From Amphiscolops sp. MND2022 (Eukaryota), in contig OZ076409.1 of the NCBI GenBank assembly GCA_964187785.1, forward strand, positions 22,384,001 through 22,448,000: a stretch of 64,000 bases of DNA, written 5' to 3'. The notes under the pieces were generated by a model. The model ran no database searches, had not been told where the DNA came from, and saw only the letters and a list, made by a program, of their open reading frames with translations. Within the stretch, counting starts at the first letter, position 1, and each line of letters begins with the position of its first letter. Both the position numbers and the translations under genes were made by a program. Below, one piece after another: positions 60,608 through 64,000 of the stretch.

Positions 60608-63268
60608 ATGAATGCCAGAAAGAAGGAAAGTCAAATGATGAAGCACCCTCGAATGACAAAAGTGTTTGAAGAAAGAAACACAAAGCAGAGTCAAACACTG
60701 ATGGAACTCACACCAAAAGATTTGGTGAATGCGTCAGATTGGTACGCGTGGAGCCTCTATTGGAATATTGTACCCCTACATGTGGAAAAGCTCCATACGT
60801 TAGTAAAAGACTTGGATGACAAGCTCGATGAGAAAGAAGCTGTTGTATCCAGAAGCAACTTGATTGATTGGGTAATTGAATACCGCGACAGAAGACAAGC
60901 GTTACTGTTCTGTGTAGACTTTATGTTGAGTCTTACAAATGAAGAAACGCAAAGACAGCTCAGCTGAAGTGTGACTGAATGGGACGAATGCTTTGCGAAA
61001 CTGGAATCGAGCTGGGGATATTGGTTCCCCGATGTGCAGCAAATGTTGAAGTGTCCAATTGATGGGATAAAAGAGTTAAAACTGAGTCAGATGACAAATG
61101 GAACATCTGCAGACGCAGCTGAGAGATGCCCTCGCACAAGAAAGTTGAGGCAAAGACGTGTCCATCAGGCAAAACCTAATTGTGTAAAGAAAACTGCTAG
61201 TGAAAAGGAATCACGGAAACGGTCAAGAAGGACCAATGACCAAGAAAGTTGCTGTGTTATGAGAGACAGCATATCAGAATTGGAAAACTCTATCAACGAT
61301 GTGACATCACTACTCGAAGAAAACAGTAAGGTGTCTGACGTAACAATCCAGATGGACAACAGACCAAGAGTTAGCACGAAGTGGTCTAATGGAGATCGAC
61401 TGTTTCCTCTAGCATTAGAGAAAGCGGAAGATCAGAAATCGGATGAAGTCCAAGGCCAAAGAAGCGAGACTGGACAATTGGAAATAGAGGAACTGGGCAA
61501 ACATCCAAAACTGGTTGAAACCAGAAGCAACAGAAGCTCAGTGATTTCGAAAAGTTCAATTGCTAGACGAGTTCTTTATTTGAAAGTAAAAGCTCAGAAA
61601 GAGCAAGAAGAACTGCAAACCCGACTCGAGGAACTAAAGCGTGAAGCAATACAAATGGAAATAGCTGACTTGCATGAACAGCTTGCCCGCAAAGCCAGAA
61701 TAGCTGAAAAAGAAAGAGAAATAGAGGAAGCATCGAGCAGACAAGGGTCTAGTGTCCGAAGTGTCTCATCAGTCGACAGTTTCACGGAAGTCTCAAGATG
61801 CATGGACAAGACAAAAACAGCCGATTTTGCACTATCAGTTCATTCGAAAACAGAGAATGCAGTGAAATTAGTTGACGAAGGAAAGTTCTCCGCGCTTAGG
61901 AGAGACTCAAAATCTCCAACAGAAGCCGATGAGCAAGCTGATGACGGAACGTGCAGAAAAGAAGCAAAATCACAACCAGACGTGAAACTTGCAAACCAAG
62001 GAACCTCGCAGCTCATCACAAGGGAATGCATACAGAACTGGTCAAAAACATTCATTGTAGACAACAGTCGGCAAGACGTCCGTTCAGAAACCCTCCTCAT
62101 GGATACCAAACAGGTTTTGGAAGAAAAGGTTCACATGTTCATGAGTGAGCAATCAATAGTGCAAACAGAGGAGATCTTGAAGTACACCTTGACGGAAACA
62201 AGGAAAGAGTATAGAAACTCAGCATTCGCATCAAGCAAACAATCTTCGGAAGAATTGAATGTGAAATTGGAGTTGGTGCAAGAGAGTGCAGAAGTTTTCA
62301 CCGTACAACAGGACATACAGCAAGGGAAAATATTCGAAGTGATGATGTTTCATGACAGTACTCTACTTCTTGAAGAAGGAAACAAATGTTTTGAATTCCA
62401 CAAAAGTTATGGATTTGTGCATGAGCAACAATTTGCACTGCTTGATGATTGTAGTGAAGAAGCAATGTATCGAAAGCTATGCCATGTTGCAGCGAAACAT
62501 GACAAACCCGTTGAATGCAATGCCAAAGGTGAAACACGTACCATGATTGCAACCTTTGGAAAGAAATTTGATTTTGACTTCAAAGTAAGCCTTGTAGAAG
62601 AAACTATCCCGAGTAATAACGATGTGTGGAACCCTCGGCTTGGGAATGGAAACTCTGGGATGGACGCGGTGGCACAGGCTAACGGCATGGATAAAACTCA
62701 ATTGAGCAAGGGCCACTGCAAGCGACCGAAGAAACGAGCTTGGAAGTTTGAACATACCTCAATCCTATTACATGGAATGGTCGAATGTGTTCAATTGACA
62801 ACTGGCATCCTATATGCAAAGATTGTGATAGATGAATTTGCAGATGAAATATCGCTAATGGAAACGCGATTGGGTTCTTCAAAAGCACAAACAACAACAA
62901 GTTCGGAAAGTGGGCCTTTCATAGGGCCGGCTGTATCACGGGAAGAAATGATGATGCAACTTGAATTCTTTGGAAAATGGAAAAACGAAGAAGTTAGACA
63001 ACTAGAAGTCAATGATTTGGTTTGGATAGTGGATGACAATGTGGAAAGAGCACACGACAAGATGGGCAGAGTGTTAGAAGTCTATCATGGAAGCGATGGG
63101 CGAGTGAGATCAGCACTGGTGAAAACGGAAGATGGAAAACTAAAACGACCAGTAGTGAAACTGGCACCCATGTTCTACGAAAGTGTTTTTCAGGAGAAAA
63201 ACAGGGCCGGCAATGTTGGCGCCAGTCATCAGAAAGCAGAGAAAGTCAATTTGGAACATGCTGATTGA
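60608..63268 (+). CDS. BEL/Pao-derived gag-like ORF fused to the integrase C-terminal (DUF5641-like) motif; one in-frame TGA at 60965
   Basis: 119-aa and 765-aa ORFs in one frame; coiled coil; eroded knuckles; KWKNE...LEVNDLVWIVDDN...MGRVLEVYHGSDGRVRSALVKTEDGKLKRPVVKLAPM. Confidence 0.7.
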
Positions 63269-64000
63269 GAAACAAGAACTTAAAACTCTTCGAAACTTAG
63301 ATGAAAATTTGAACGAAAACCTCACCTTGCTAAATCGAAACCCCCCCAGTCGGGATTTTCTCTACAACTATTAACCATAGAGACTTGAAACTTGGCACAC
63401 ATATGCAAGTACATAATACGCCCCCATTATAACCCCCATTACCCCTCACATGTGTAGTATTCAAGGTCATTGAGACAAAAATGTAAACATTGCTATTTAC
63501 CCTTCTGACCACATTAGAATGCAGCTCTGTTGAAATTGATGATATTTACATAGTGTAAACATGCTTCTGAGCCCACCTGACCAACATGCCAAAACCACCA
63601 CATTCTTTGTTTACATTGCCAATAACTTTAATAATTCACTTAAATGTCATTTATTTATACAACATATTTCAACTGATATTTGCTTATATTTACTGTAGAA
63701 TTGTAAACCATATGTATACCATTATTAGATAGAGATTTTCTCCACTGAATAGCTATAGTCAAGTTGGGTCTCAGGACCGCGAGACTAATTAATCAACTTC
63801 TCAATCTTCACAACTTTTCGCTAGAGTCAGAGCTACTAAGTAGCTACTCTCATAATAGGAGAGCCGGAGCGCGTGAAGATACTGTGAGGGAAGTGTGTAC
63901 GGATCACATCGGATCCAAATCAGTGCAAAGAGGAATCGTAGGAGATTCCACGGGTCACATCGGACCCATCAAGCCAAAAGATACAGTCCTTTAAAACAAG
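63214..64000 (+). repeat. 3' LTR of element E (cut by the window edge; 28-bp deletion relative to the 5' LTR)
   Basis: Preceded by purine-rich AGGAGAAAAACAGGGCCGGCAA; matches 58915 onward. Confidence 0.9.

Larger units (their letters stand above)
58915..64000 (+). mobile_element. Element E: non-autonomous BEL/Pao LTR retrotransposon (no PR, RT, RNase H or IN core); runs off the window
   Basis: LTR pair starting TGTTGGCGCC at 58915 and 63214; PBS; BEL/Pao integrase C-terminal motif; only 3.4 kb internal. Confidence 0.9.

Overview
Eukaryotic (probably invertebrate animal) repeat-dense DNA with no recognisable intact host gene. It holds five LTR retrotransposons. Elements A (+, <1-11992) and B (+, 37812-54690) are diverged members of one large Ty3/Gypsy family. 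Element C (-, 13223-24545) is a Gypsy whose gag starts inside the LTR. Element D (-, 26593-31965) is a Mag-like Gypsy inside a triplicated ~464-bp flank with an extra solo LTR. Element E (+, 58915->64000) is a non-autonomous BEL/Pao element. There is also a CCC...GGG TIR element filled with a higher-order minisatellite (34781-36511) and two long palindromes. The most interesting item is the A/B family. Its polyprotein reads gag, degenerate protease-like repeat, active protease, dUTPase-like module, RT, RNase H and integrase, then continues into AT-hooks, a CxxCx4CxC motif and two tandem TARG1/OARD1-like macrodomains. Element B adds a decayed ~1100-codon third ORF in the env position with an SGNH-hydrolase-like fold. 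Domain calls were made by eye from motif patterns and need HMM or structure confirmation.
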